64,000 nt of DNA from positions 165,633 to 229,632 of the forward strand of contig NMRA01000566.1 in the NCBI GenBank assembly GCA_002633005.1. The letters are read 5' to 3'. The stretch's first letter is position 1; every line of letters begins with the position of its first letter. Under the pieces are notes generated by a model that was not told where the DNA came from, did no database searches, and was given only the letters and a program-made list of their open reading frames with translations. The position numbers and the translations under genes are program-made. Origin of the DNA: Phoronis australis (Eukaryota > Animalia > Phoronida). This document shows positions 31,301-43,285 of this stretch, in pieces.

Positions 31301-34109
31301 AAACTTCGATGTAAAACCCTTAAAATGCACCGAGCTCTTATAAAAACGTGTTGTTTTATTTCGCTGATACGGATTTATCGGTATTTAAACACAACAGTTT
31401 TTGCCAGCAAACACTTAAATTAGTATGATTTCACACGGCCTCGGTGTCCCGTCAATTAGTTTTATTGCACCTAAGGGCGGTAAGGCAGTGATTTATTCAC
31501 TGCTGGCTTCTCAAATCCTTTGCAGTCGCGAACACTCCCAAGGCATTACAAATTGCATCTAATGAGGCAGACTTAGTTTAAGTTTTATATAAGCATTGGG
31601 TAGGGTGAGAATAATTCGTTTTGAAACAGAACGCTCAGTAACAAACATCAACATGGCAACGGCAATCCCGTGTGACTTAGACGGGAACTCATCAGTCGAA
31701 CCAGACGAAGACTTCGCAGGTGGAACGCTAAGTTTCACAGGCTATCGATTCGAACAGGGATACAGTGATGAAGAGGCGCCGTGAACAAGCTCAGACAACG
31801 GAACGTATGGATAGTTATTTGGTAAGCCGGCATTCGTCAGGCACTGTCGGCAACTGCTGGCCACAGACACGGAAATGTTGCACGGCCTGATACGTGCTAT
31901 TTACAGCGTTCTATTCATTCTTCACTACCACGAGCCAATTTCTAAGCATTTCGGACTCTCGAGGAAGTCGAAAAAAACGATATACCCGCTTTCCTCGTGA
32001 CTGCATAGTTCGGACAAGCGGGAACAATGCACCAATATAGCGAGCGTCATTCACTCTGCAGATGAACCACTGACGTCGCTAGCGTCGTTTCTCACCTTCC
32101 TCACAGGTTAACGCAACACCTCTTGGCAAGGTAAGGTCAACCGTATTTGAAGCGATGGGGATATAGACCGATTAAGACGGCAAAAAAGACTAATTAAATC
32201 CTGTGGCATTCTCCTTTAAAGCCATATGGCGTCATATCATCCGTAGATAAAAAATGCATATGATTGGCCTCAATTTATGGTTTTGAACCGAAAAAAATAT
32301 ACCTCCACTTGAGCAAACTTGTTGTCCCGGTTCCCACTTATCTTTGTGCTTCCTGTCAAAGAGCTACCATGGACATGAGGTTATCAAGTAATCTTCGACT
32401 TTAAGATCAAGAAATCCAAAACAGATCATAACTAATCAAGCTTAAGATTTCAAAGTGCAGCGTTTGTCAGCTGAGAAATTTCATACATTGAGTATGACGT
32501 CACTAACAGGTATTTATACTGAGCAACTCTACATTAGAAGATAACAAGTTAGTGTGTACAGATTTCCTATTCATGCTAAAACCATTGAGAGATTTCTTGA
32601 CCAGCATGTTCATTACGCCAAAACAAAAGCTGAAAACAGAGTTATTGTCCATCTGAAATCAACGGTGTATGGATATTTTATATTTTCATATTTTTTAAGT
32701 TTAAAAATATTACTTTTGCCAATAGTTTGTAAACTGCGTTCCCTTACTAGGTCAGCAGCCATGTCTGAGCTCCGTTCCGTGTAACTTTTGACATCGAAGC
32801 CGAAACGTTAAAATCTGAGCTATTCAAATCCGGGAAAAACTTCTACTTACGTCGACGTAATATGATTCAAATCTCCAAAGCATCAAGTGACATTGCGTAA
32901 CGAAATCAATAGAAATTTCAATTTTTAGGTTCATTAGAGATGGCACCTCAGCAACCCATGGAAATTTCGCTTTTTACCACAAGTACCTCTGCTTAGACGG
33001 ACCCAACGAAAATAATTAATTTCGTGACCAAACTTTACTTTGCAGGTATGTACATGTAGTAGGCTAAGACAAAAATGCAAAACATCGAAATTTAAAAAAT
33101 CACCCATTTATTAAAACTGACTGTCGCCAAACTTCCACTACTTGCACTGACTTCCATGTCTAATCTCATTGAAGTACGTGGGGTTACATGTACATTGGTC
33201 AAGTACATGTAATCTATCGCTTACGATGCTTTCAGCTATAGACGAAACATTTTTGTATAATGCGTTTAAACATTACATATTTTGATACAAAGTTATTGTT
33301 GTTTGTTTTCAGCAGGTAGACGATCTAAGTGTATCTGATAATCTGAAATAAAAGTCAATTCATTCTGTTTTTTTATCCCATCCAGATTATCGCGTCTTTA
33401 AAAGGACACTGAATAGCAAACATCCTGTGGTTTAGCATTTTACTAGATGTCTACTATGCCATTTAATTATTTGAAAGAAATAATCCACTGTATCTCCTGT
33501 CAACTATCAGAAGTTTGGAGCAATTGTGACTACTTCTTACAAAATCTCTCCAATCGAAAACCGTGACTAACTCTTTGGCCGAGTTAATCGACGTGCAGGC
33601 CTCATACCTGTAACCACAGTAGCTTGCTGTGGTAAAATGCGGAAGGGTTCATTTGAATAATTGTGATTTCATCCATCATGCAAGTATTGATTGGACAATA
33701 ATAGGTCTCTAAATAAATTTTGGGAAACAGAGTTTAGAATTCATTTAATTAAACATGCCGTTTTCTCGTTCCGTGAAACTGGAATAGTGTCAGTTTCTGT
33801 CGTAAAATTTGCACAACTAATTACAACAAATGTACAAGTATTTGCCAAGAACGATTACTCTCTCAAGCAATCAAAGTAAACCAAGCAAAACTTGTTTTCT
33901 TTTCAGGAACTCACTCCAAGAAAAAATAAAATTATCGCAAAGAACACACTGTAATTGGTTTCCTTTATGTTAGTAGGTTGTATTTTTAATGCTTTTGCAA
34001 GTAATGTTTACATTTTGCATTTATTTACCAGTAGACTGAAACAAGTAATTTAAAACTTACCCTTGGCAATCCCAAAGATGAGAATAGAAACAACAACTTT
34101 CCAAGCCAT
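10151..34109 (-). CDS. VWDE: von Willebrand factor D and EGF domain-containing protein-like (secreted, ~1140 aa, 24 exons)
   Basis: 24 GT-AG exons join in frame without stops (3423 nt): 34109-34061, 28734-28588, 27872-27603, 26798-26739, 25136-24886, 23597-23511, 22775-22631, 22420-22215, 21912-21836, 20781-20718, 20571-20374, 19837-19626, 18999-18855, 18583-18457, 18101-17935, 17104-16999, 16481-16319, 15899-15794, 15288-15168, 14706-14582, 12410-12302, 11744-11609, 11035-10899, 10365-10151. Signal peptide MAWKVVVSILIFGIAKG, D8C domain, VWD (CQGTGDPHF..GICGTFDNN..ESWR), EGF (CPNDCSLKGTC..CTC..GVDCS). Confidence 0.88.
10899..11035 (-). CDS. VWDE-like exon 23 (10-Cys repeat 1)
   Basis: NKTGCVCYFDSSRTDCACCDQGGCQCPFENKQQCVKCGETHKCGS. 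Confidence 0.88.
11609..11744 (-). CDS. VWDE-like exon 22 (Thr/Pro-rich linker)
   Basis: VPTTTASTTTTTSPAPTTTTRAPSTLPPWWAPKGGKIQHRWDIWT. Confidence 0.85.
12302..12410 (-). CDS. VWDE-like exon 21
   Basis: NNTCLIDGRCYKNGD..ICDPNKSIKEWTH. Confidence 0.9.
12976..14272 (+). mobile_element. PIF/Harbinger DNA transposon in VWDE-like intron 20 (interior hidden by an N gap)
   Basis: ~45-bp near-perfect TIRs ggccctgtcacaccttgacgatttagccagcgta at both ends, TAA flanking both sides, transposase ORF inside. Confidence 0.92.
13570..13967 (+). CDS. Harbinger (HARBI1/ALP1-type) transposase, N-terminal part, runs into the gap
   Basis: WVRPWIRRR..FTNFLRMPPAMFDELL..RDPLEPGMKLDLTLRHLASGNKYASM matches the Harbinger transposase N-terminal HTH region. 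Confidence 0.85.
14480..14537. mobile_element. Tiny hAT-like MITE, same family as 4256-4324
   Basis: catgggcggtgcaccac...gtggtgcaccgcccat; flanks tagag/tagaa. Confidence 0.65.
14582..14706 (-). CDS. VWDE-like exon 20
   Basis: ISVSNDGNIWSEESMFTAYDGLCQDCSRGECKQK. Confidence 0.9.
15168..15288 (-). CDS. VWDE-like exon 19
   Basis: VVDGRPF..AEFESFREVACSLPVPRAGR. Confidence 0.85.
15794..15899 (-). CDS. VWDE-like exon 18
   Basis: GGYCDIRKRPCQTAFLSADNLMDSTKLTCRIRNVE. Confidence 0.9.
16319..16481 (-). CDS. VWDE-like exon 17 (EGF domain)
   Basis: LCPNDCSLKGTCSKGKCTCNKDFAGVDCS. Confidence 0.92.
16999..17104 (-). CDS. VWDE-like exon 16
   Basis: ISDDTDFARASLSKLEDACQEMILKDPANYVKGDN; weak donor gtgctg. 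Confidence 0.8.
17935..18101 (-). CDS. VWDE-like exon 15
   Basis: PNFPTPSGRTEIQARAFC..CDK..DCVEDLK. Confidence 0.9.
18457..18583 (-). CDS. VWDE-like exon 14 (furin-type RLRR site)
   Basis: SVNKWKDVTDKVNKKTRLRRDTTYHDLDTDEDDQYVFNYGSK. Confidence 0.85.
18855..18999 (-). CDS. VWDE-like exon 13
   Basis: IPYGTSLFDSVP..FCKC..VDCRVQNKVDDPVKR. Confidence 0.88.
19626..19837 (-). CDS. VWDE-like exon 12
   Basis: FFFPSGGWVKA..TEGICGTFDNNAAND..FFESWR. Confidence 0.92.
20374..20571 (-). CDS. VWDE-like exon 11
   Basis: LQIRTWTCWKVSCICAIAIREGNDVITLDMC..GKWFQ. Confidence 0.9.
20718..20781 (-). CDS. VWDE-like exon 10
   Basis: AYHLYNVGEYVMHKSKKRPFE. Confidence 0.85.
21836..21912 (-). CDS. VWDE-like exon 9 (VWD start, GDPH)
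   Basis: LITKDEGTQRCQGTGDPHFVGFDRK. Confidence 0.9.
22215..22420 (-). CDS. VWDE-like exon 8
   Basis: ADLVASESCIRTIRTEDW..ATRDFRNDGDK..WDEYKPSSVK. Confidence 0.85.
22631..22775 (-). CDS. VWDE-like exon 7
   Basis: VDPLVLEVGEKEETKEVTITSTIPIVC..CQIDIEMDIKAKTI. Confidence 0.85.
23511..23597 (-). CDS. VWDE-like exon 6
   Basis: VSCRVRSTYEKSGRFSPWKESNGYWVGIQ. Confidence 0.88.
24886..25136 (-). CDS. VWDE-like exon 5
   Basis: AFPRMKGPPTMSGP..FNCHL..YEVTWLFD..NMGKS. Confidence 0.88.
25347..25408. repeat. 30-bp direct tandem duplication
   Basis: cctcagacttctattataccttaaaagttt x2. Confidence 0.95.
26739..26798 (-). CDS. VWDE-like exon 4
   Basis: GTETPCPLDQFSATGFSPCK. Confidence 0.85.
27603..27872 (-). 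CDS. VWDE-like exon 3 (D8C domain)
   Basis: MPTSCVQQFKCGTHAPIWMKGAHP..CC..FYVYRLKRAPGCSVAYCA. Confidence 0.92.
28588..28734 (-). CDS. VWDE-like exon 2 (D8C domain start)
   Basis: GSLAQLDPCKSYAEIDEPFRSTGY..CDRRLRDGWYRFISKA. Confidence 0.9.
31072..32215 (+). mobile_element. Non-autonomous Kolobok-like DNA transposon in VWDE-like intron 1
   Basis: TTAA on both sides; TIR aggagcatgccac / gtggcattctcct; internal relic GYRFEQGYSDEE resembles the Kolobok accessory-ORF PYxFEP motif. Confidence 0.75.
34061..34109 (-). CDS. VWDE-like exon 1 (signal peptide)
   Basis: MAWKVVVSILIFGIAK then gtaagt donor, phase 1. Confidence 0.75.
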
Positions 34110-36330
34110 AACTACCTTTTACAGGAAAATATGACTGGAAAGATTTTGTCAAACTATGACAGAATCTGGTATTTATTAGTAAATCTACAAACCGATGGAA
34201 CATTCTTAGGGTACTCTATAGAGTTTTGTCCGGTTATTGGACGTTTAGTATGCACGCATAGCTTAAGTTACAAACTAATAATATTAGGCCTACAGTCACT
34301 TTTCGTTTGCTCTCCCTTTATTATTTACAGAACAGTTTCATACTGAGTAGTAAAGATCACATTTATTATATTATTGGTATCACATTTTCTGACATCTCTG
34401 ATAACGATTTAGGTAACGTAGATTAAAGCTATAAGAATAAACACTCGAGTGCTTTATTCTTGGGTTAAAAACGAACCCATTTCATTAGTAATACAGGATT
34501 TGTGTTCTAACTTTCGAACTAATTAAAAATAGAACTTTCATATTTACTATTTGTATAGAGCAGTATACAGCCGAGGAAAACTAGACGTGTTTCGGAGTTG
34601 TGTAGGATCTTATTGACCGGTCTATGTATTTAACAAAATACTTTAAAAAAATACATTTTAACACAAAAAGGCATATATTTTTTGACCGATTTGCCATTAA
34701 TTAAATCGCGTGACCTGTCTTTCTAGTAAATTTAGAAAAAAAGAACATTAACAATAAATAATATAAATAGCATGCTTTCTAACACTTTCTGGTTTTAACT
34801 CATATTATTCTACATTAAGTTTTTCGTATTTAACTTTAAAACATTTATATCGTTTCGAGTTGAGCATGCCTACATTTTAGCGCGTGCGCACTCGAACGGT
34901 GGAGAACTAGACACTATACGTTCTTTGGAGACGAGAAATCAAAATAATGATATTCAAGATGGTGGACGCCTCAAGTATTTTATTTGATGTAGGTGAAATC
35001 TAAACAAGTTGTTACAGTTTTTAAAATGTCATTGCGGAGTTTTTCATGAAAATTGTAACGGGAACTTAGTGAGTTCTCTAGACAGTGTTAATAAGATGCA
35101 TGTATGAATATGTGTTAAAGTGTGATGAAGAGGCAATGCACGAGCGTTCCATGGATGAGACAACTTTATATTTAGACCCCTCAACGCTACCGAAGTGGTC
35201 TCAAAATGACACGTGACTTCTGGTCATACAAAAACAGTTCGCTATTCTTTAATAATTTTGTCGTTGAATTAAGTAACACGCTATGACAAATCCATTTCTA
35301 CATCACGCACCAAGCAAAAACGAAGCAGTCGTTTTTTTCCAAACCCGAAAATCTCACTTATTTGACCAAATTCACAACGGTAAGTAGTTTAAATATGTTT
35401 CATGTGGCGGAAAGTTGCTTTTCAGCCGTTTCATCGTGCCCCGCATATCGCATCTGTTTTCAAATAAGTGCGTTATACAAGTAAAAATTGAAACATTTTA
35501 AGAGCCATTAAAATACCATAAACTTTCAAATAGAATAAGAAAAGGGTGCAGTTAAACCATTCCTCAGAAGCTGAAACAGACATCTTTCTGAAATACAGAG
35601 AACTTATCTTCTTTTAAAAATTCTTGTGTAACTGTTCAGTTGTGTTATGCACTAGTAGCACGAGTGATCGCCAAGCACCTGGGCCAAAGGTTCATGGATC
35701 ATGTCAGTATCGATAATATGACCGAGATTTAGTTATCATGAGATTACAGATGTGTGAGACCTGTAGCCGCCATTCTCAGGTCGCTGTTGGAATATTTCTT
35801 GCTGCTCAAGTTTAGTTTTGAATCTCTTAATAATTTCTGTGCACCACGCTTTCTTCACAAATGATTGATTTTAACAATATTTCCATCTGAAAGAGCGAAT
35901 CATTTTTGGAGTTACCTGTATGGTTTAAGTTGCCATACATGTACATGTGAATGTAAATTCACATTTATAAAAATACTTTTGGTTTAAACCAGTTGTCGTC
36001 ATTACACTAGTCTCAATTTTCCTGATAAAAGGTGAATTCTGAACTTAGGAAAGATTGAAAATTCGCCATTGCATGAAACCATCTTAAGCGTATACGTACA
36101 TAATGTTGGCACGCTTTGTGTCAAGCTACCATACAGAGCCTGGTCTCAACCAATTTGAGAATGTCAGTTCTTCCTAATCCCAGAAATTCCTTCCAAATAT
36201 AATAAGAAACTAATTAAGACACAGTTATGCGTAAGCAGTGCAAATAAAAAAATATTTTAAGGAAGGCAGGTATGTTACACCTTTAAGTTTTAAACCGAAA
36301 GGAATGATCTTAGTGTTCAAACACTCAGAT

Positions 36331-36436
36331 GCCGGAGAGTAGGCAGTGTCTCCAATGACCTCATACGCCCGGAGAGTAGCCAGCGTCTTCACTGAGCTCA
36401 TACGCCGGAGAGTAGCCAGCGTCTTAACTCAGCCGG
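36331..36436. repeat. ~36-bp tandem repeat x3
   Basis: gccggagagtag.cag.gtct...a.tga.ctcatac repeated head to tail. Confidence 0.85.
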
Positions 36437-36894
36437 TCGCTTACAGTACGCGGGAAATATTTAGAGTTTTTGAGTAGTTAAAGTTCCAAAATTTCGCTGT
36501 ACATGTTTCATTGGCTCTTGGAGGGTGAGTGCTAAACTTCGAATTCATCCGTCCCTGGGTTACCTGCGTCAATATTTAACTTAAAGTGTTACAAGAAAAC
36601 CGCTTGCATGCTATACTGCTAAAACCCCATTTAGTGTTTTACCAATGTACAGTGTTTAAGGTGGAATAAAAATGGATTAGCACAGAAGTACAACGATATT
36701 ATTTTGTGCTTTCCGCTTACAAATTATCAATTCATATCTGTGAGGAACTCCTTGAGCAGACTCAACAAAATGAAACGCAACCCGAGACCAAACAGGGACT
36801 GGATATAATTTAAACTCATTATTTGTATAACAAAGTTTGGTACTAGTTATGATAAATTTATATTTTTAAAAAAGCGAAATTCAAAGTGTTTTAA

Positions 36895-39800
36895 GAGTGA
36901 CTCCATATAAAAACCAACAGGTAGAGTCTATACCCAAAATCACCGATTTTTTTGAAACTTAGCACATGAGTTTGCTTCGCTGAGATGTAGAAAAACCTCA
37001 CTTTTTAAGAATTTTCAATCATCATTTTTCTTTTTATGACCTGTACCTCCATTTTGCAACAAAATTGGGCGTCGAAGTAGGCATGTTTGAATGCATTTTA
37101 CTAGCATGTGTGGTAAGGTCAAAACAAATTATTAATACGAATTGAAAGGACAGAGGCTGAATAATTTAATGGCATAACTTTCAAAATCCATTTTTAAATT
37201 TGTACGTTTTGAATTTGTGAGGCAAAAACGGCTATTTTTCAGTTTTTCACTGAAGCCATTTTCGGCCAAATTTGGCACTCTGTAGCAGCCATAACACACC
37301 TTTCCTGAAATTGAATTTATAATAATTTGTTTAGTCATTCCTAACCTGTTCATAATCTAAAATAAAAAATCTTGCCTCTAATGTAGTTTTTGCGTACGAA
37401 GCATTACACTAACTGCACTTCGTCCTTTTGCACGTTCTCAGTTGCCTCTGCTGCCAATAGGGGGCTGTTGGAACATACAATTAGCTTGCGAAACACGACA
37501 TAAAAACCTTGTATTTTGGAGAAAAGGCAGTCAGCATTATTAATTACCATTCTCTGAAAATGGCATTGATGATTATTGCTTATTACAAAAAATATGTAAC
37601 GTAAATCAACTGGCATGATGATAGATGGCGCTGCTTTTGTTTACGTAGAGCCTGAAGAATCATCTAGAATAAGCCAGAGCAGTAACACGAGGACCTTGCT
37701 ATAATTCAAGACTTCGCGAAATATTGCCCTGCATTTTAAATAAGAACACGTGGTTTTGGATAAATTTTAGAGAGGTTCTAGTGTTACTGAACTCACCCCT
37801 GCCTTGTTGTCTATCTGCCTTGTTCGTGCCACAGGCAAAGGAAGGCGCCCAAGGTGGATATGCCTCCCTAGTGTTCAGTGCAAAAAATACTTCAACTTGT
37901 CGATAGTCATTGTAACTTTGGGTTCATATTGCAATGTCCCTGCCGGTTGCTACAAATTTTAGTCGCCACCAGTCGCCAGAAATCTGGTGTTCCCCCTACA
38001 CACCGGGCACCTTAACGCTGAATATTTCTGCCAGTGTGATCATCAGTGGTATAAAAAGGTACACATTCACAGTCAATAGAAAATAATTCACGAGAGACAA
38101 TTTTATTAATGACTCATTCATGACAGACATGAAGTAAACAGAAGTAACGGTCTCGACTTCATATATCACACATCTTTGACTGGTATGCTACAAAACTAGG
38201 CTAAACGTTGAGCTCATTTACCACTTCATTCAGTAAATCTGACGATATAACAGCATCTTCAGCAGAAATTGCTTCGTCATAAACATTGCTGCAAAAAACC
38301 TCCAAAAATCCACCAATCTGCGATTCACTTAATATCACAGGTAAACACTTTACCAATAGGTTCTCATAATGTTTTCTCCATTTTGGCACTTCCGAGGGTG
38401 AACGTTTTTACCTGATTTATCTCCTTCATCGAATATGTTCGTCAGAAAGTTCTTAACCTTTGCTGAAAATTTTGTTGCCTTTTTTACCTTTTTTAATGCC
38501 TAACCTATTGCTTCAGCATTCGTCTCATCCAAATAGTACTCTGAGCAGGCTGTCTCAAGTGACGCTCCGGTTCTTGCATCTGAAAGCATTTCTGACCACT
38601 GTCGTGCGACGTGGTCATACGTGTAGCAAAAAATTTCGAGTAACCTTGCTGGGTACTAGGGAACTTTTGTTGAAGCTCTTCACTAGATCTGATACAATGC
38701 CAACCTTGACTCTTGGTGTTGAAAATCCGCCATGTCTCAGAGAGATGTTAGTGTATTTTAGAGAAATAGGTTTCCCCTTTTCTCAGTATTTGTAAGAACT
38801 TACCGTCACCCACATGGAATGATTTCCACACGCGAATTCCTTGGGTGGAATAGTGGGAATTTGGTAATGTGCGTATACCAGGAACTGAGTATTTTGGAAA
38901 AGACTTTGTTGCATTGACTGAACATGCATACACATAACATCCCTTTACACGGCCACTGGAAAGTATTGCTTCTTTCAAATCCAGAAAGTTTATGATATTG
39001 TTACCTTCGGTTACAAAGTACTTTGCATGTTGTTTGAGTGGAGCGATCTTGCGATCACAGAGATCCTTTCCATTCTGACTTTCACTAAAGTCATATCTCG
39101 AAACAGAAATGCCGCTAGAATTTGACAAGGCTGCTACGTTCAGGAGGAGAGGAGCAGAGTGGTAACATCCAGCATTACCTGACTCTTCCATGACTGGTCC
39201 TGTTCAGTCAGAAGTTCACCGACTCTGGGTAGTGCGAGTCCATACTCAGGCACAGGCCTTGCTTTTGAGGTAGTTTCCTGTATCTCAAATGTTCAGTGGT
39301 GTCATTGACATAACTCACTAAAGCTTAAAGCTTTTGTGATCGGATTTTTTGCAGAATAAACTCTAAAGGAACATGAAGGCCCATCGACATTGTCCGCCAT
39401 TTTGTCTTTTTAAAATGCACTTGCTTCTTTCAAAACCAGTCATTACAAATATTAATTCTTACTCGTTTAATCTTAAAGGCATTTCTACAGAGTTTTCAAA
39501 TTAACATGATAATGTAAAAGAAATGAAAGAATACAAGAGGGTTACACATACATTATTTAAATATCCACAAGCTTAACCTCAACTGACTCCCTCAGTGGGC
39601 AAAGGTCATCGGGTTCATGTTTGATACTAGCCGCGTAATAAACCCGGAAAACATCTTCTTTTCATCTGAAAGAGTTTAGACTTGGTTTCTATAACTATTT
39701 AAAGCAGACTTGTTGCCTAAAAGTTTGTTCAAATGGTCTGTACACTCTGCTCGTGATTTCCAAACTATGAAAATAGACAGTTTTGCAAGACAATTTTCAC

Positions 39801-40306
39801 TAAGGTGCAAAGTTGAGGCAAGATTTTTTGTTGCTCAGTCATCAAGACTAACTCTTTAACTGTATGTTCAAAACGTCACATAAGGCTACAAGGTGTTTTA
39901 TGGCAGTAAGAAGGTCACAAAAATGGTCACTAAAATTAGCCCCAAAAAGTGGTCTGTGGATTATCTTCCCTGTCTAGCACAAAACTGTCAGATTTTGATA
40001 AATGGCACAGAATTATGTACAGTATACGTTGGTTATTTCAGCCACCAGAATATAGGTTTTGATCTATTTTGTATGCTACTCTTTTTTGTTGATGAAAAAT
40101 GCGATTTTTGAGACGGCTAATATGCCCAATTGTGCCATTTTGTGTGATCATGCTCCAGCGGCGAAATTTGAGGTCATTGAGTGCACAAAATTTGGCATTT
40201 GGGTTTATGTTAGGATACCTACCCATGTACAAAAAATGAAGTTGTTTTAAATTTTGACGTATAGACTGATTTTTGAAAATCTACTGGTTTTTATATGGAC
40301 TGTCTC
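36895..40306 (-). mobile_element. Sola3-type DNA transposon, internally deleted
   Basis: TTAA TSDs, GAG...CTC termini, imperfect TIRs (tccatataaaaacca..agtctatac..caaaat), transposase relic inside. Confidence 0.82.
38201..39191 (-). pseudogene. Sola3-type transposase pseudogene (C-terminal half)
   Basis: NAGCYHS..ISVSRYDFSESQNGKDLCDRKIAPLKQH..EGNNI followed by frameshifted FSKVKNFLTNIFDEGDKSGKK and LSESQIGGF; N-terminus and the D of SDNAG are lost. Confidence 0.8.
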
Positions 40307-41191
40307 TTAAAGTGTTCTCGTCGACGTCGAAGCAACCGTCGTTGCAAACCAAAGAGCTCACATGCAGGCCCTCTGAGTGACCTGTCTCATACTCATGAAT
40401 CGTTCACAAATTTGTGCAATTTCCTGACAAGGGAATTCTCTCGTGGAACTACAGAGAAAGTGCCACAGCGTGATTGAAAGCCCCGCTTTAGCAAAAATGT
40501 CTCAAAATAGCGCAAAAGTGCTGAGCGCAAATCAAATAACTTGGACACCCGATGGAAAAACAAATATCGTGCGTGTGTTTTGTCGTCCACGCTGGCACGT
40601 CACGTGGGATAGTAAATAACAAGTCAGCGGCTAATACATTTACTGCAGAATTTCGATATGCTTTGAAGTGTTGATACCAACTATTATTTTACACTCGAAA
40701 ATGGTGTTGAGTAACACTTTAAAGTACTAACTGCAAGCTAGTCGATGTATTTTTGATTTCGAAAAAGTTAAACATAAACTGAAAAAATACTATTTGATAA
40801 ATTTGGCACTGCATTGTTATTATTTTACACTGATTTTGAAACATTTTTTCATGTAATCTAGTATAAGTCACAGAAAGTCAACAATGTGTCTGTAGGTATG
40901 AGGGTTAACTGAACTAGTGTACTCAATTCCAATACTGTACACTTCTCTGAACACTTTTGATTTGTTCTATGTTGTTCTTCATTTGTCGGAACATTCCCCT
41001 GGTGAGATTGTTCCGACCACCTACCGCCCATATTCAACCAAGTGTTCTCACCCGTTTGTCTGATGTGTATACCTCTGGCGAACTATCATGGGCAAGTCTC
41101 GTTAGTTCAGCGTGTCTACGTATGCCGCGTAACAAGCATTACATGCATGATGTCTAGTAAAGTGATGCCTTCGAAGTGTCACTGCATGATG

Positions 41192-41513
41192 CAGTGGCGA
41201 GTCTAGGATACCATAAGGGGGGGGGGGCAAGATGTTGCCTTAGAGAATTGGATAAAGCGCGATTGTATGCACAGGAGGCCCGAAAAGTTGCGGGGTTGGC
41301 GATGTGGACCCTGGTGTACCCAAATTTTATCGGACGACGGAGGACTAAAAAAAGGGGGGGGGACACGGTTCCGCCGCGCACTGGGCCCTCCCCCCGCTGC
41401 CATTACAAATTGGTGCACTCGACATTTCTTCACGCTGCCGCTGTTTAATTTTCCTTGGACCAGCCAAGGAGAGGGCGGCCCCCCTGGGTCCCCCCTCCCT
41501 AAATCCGCCTATG
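41192..41513. mobile_element. hAT-like MITE with 5-bp TSD
   Basis: cagtggcgagtctagg...cctaaatccgcctatg, G/C-run-rich interior, tgatg on both flanks. Confidence 0.7.
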
Positions 41514-41840
41514 TGATGTGCTTACGAGTTTTCTACAATCCTATGAGTATTTTTGTGAGATCATCTCTGGTACACTCTCGGCGTCTACACTCAGTCTTGC
41601 TTGACAATCTCTTTACATAACCTTCATGAAATTCACGTGGCTGGCAACTTTTCTTCTATGGATCTTAGGAAGCGCCCAATAGTTTTTGAGCCACGGTTCA
41701 GTTTGCCTGCCTCAACTTCATTAAACATTGGCGCTTGATGGGTTTGCTTTACATTTCAAGCTCTGTGCTGCGTTCGAAAGCTACAAATGTCATTTGCTTT
41801 ATTTTTTAATTTATTCCGAGTGAATCAGTTGCCCCCTCGA

Positions 41841-41980
41841 CTTGGGCGGTGCACCATATGGGGCTGAGGGGGGTATAGCAACCCATTTTTTTCAGGGTCC
41901 GGCGCCCATGGTCTATGGGCGGTGTACCACAGGGGGACTGGGGGGCTATAGCCCACTTTTTCTGTGCTACGACGCCCATG
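41841..41980. mobile_element. Two adjacent copies of the tiny catgggcgg MITE
   Basis: 41841-41910 and 41914-41980 each match 4256-4324 (gggcggtg.accac/t..ggggctatagc..gcccatg). Confidence 0.65.
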
Positions 41981-43285
41981 CTTGCCCCACTTTTTGCTCA
42001 GCCTTGACTTACTTAAACCTTTTCTGTTTGCAAGCTGGAAGTTGAAATTTCTAGCATTAGCATTAGGAAATTCAGGTACCCAATAGAATGTTTGGGGCTG
42101 TGAAAAATCTGGCTGATTTCTTAAATCTGGAGAGTTTTGGCAGTCTAAATGAATTTAAGTGTCTCTCAGTTCTTAGAAATCGCCGTATGCAAATGTTGGC
42201 TTTTTGGCGAAAACTACTGATTTGGAATGTTTTTTTTTCAAGCAGTTAATCGTAAAATGTGGAAGATTGACTTTGGAATCAGTTTCAATAGACTTTATGC
42301 AAGGTTTTTGAAGCCTTTGGCCCATTATACTCCTCAAAATTTCAGGATTTGTCAGTACATCGACGTGTGGAACAGACTGTTGGAGCTGACTAGACCCGGT
42401 ATTTCAAGCCCCAAATCTGCGAAAACTGTTGACTGACACCTTAGTGTTCCTGTTACGCATGCCTTTAATTACTAATCATGGCACAGCTGTCTAGTATGCA
42501 GTATGAGCTGTGTTTTCACGATCCGTGGACACAAATGTCATAATATGACATTGCCTGTCTCAGCCATGCACCAAGCTGTGCGAACATCTGTTCGTTTCTA
42601 ATGGATTCCGATCCGACTAATATGCAAAAAGTTAACTTATCTGACTTCAGAAATAAATGATGCTCTACGGATCATCTACCCACCCTCATTTTTGCTGTAG
42701 GCTATCCCGTTCAGTTGCATTAACAGTTACGATTTTCGAATTCTATTAACAAAACACATGACCTTTCTGGCTTTCACATAATTATAACAAATCCTCAAAC
42801 GTTATACTAGCGATCGGACTCGGCTTCGGCAGACTCAGCCATACAACATATCTGGCTTCACGAATTTTTGAAAAAAGCCTTCTAGTTTTTTCTAGTGAAA
42901 CACGTTTTGTGAGTGCTATGAATGACAGGGTTGCAAGGCATGGTACAAACTAAAAAATATCTATGTGTGTTGCTTGTTTAATGCGATGTTTTCATAACCG
43001 ACCGGGTAAATACATTCACAAGCGAAGCCCGTAAACACGCCGGGGCTGTGTCTCGGGTCAACAAAACGATTAATTGGGTTGCGCCAACGTCCACAATGTT
43101 CACTATTTCCGCTGCACCAAGCAAGACATCTCGCCGCTGCTACGGACTTCCATTCTAAATTCACATTCCTGTTAATGTTTTGTACTTGAAATGTCTGTTA
43201 TACTATGAATTACACAACAGCGACAAGCGACAAGACAAGTCAACTAACTCTGCTGGCATTACCAGGGCTGCGTTCCGTAGACTAA

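Noticed and set aside
34423-36287. Possible old Kolobok element between two TTAA sites
   Set aside because: The putative TIRs match too poorly to support it
36331-36436. 36-bp repeats as a CRISPR array
   Set aside because: The repeats are head to tail with no unique spacers, there are no cas genes, and the context is eukaryotic
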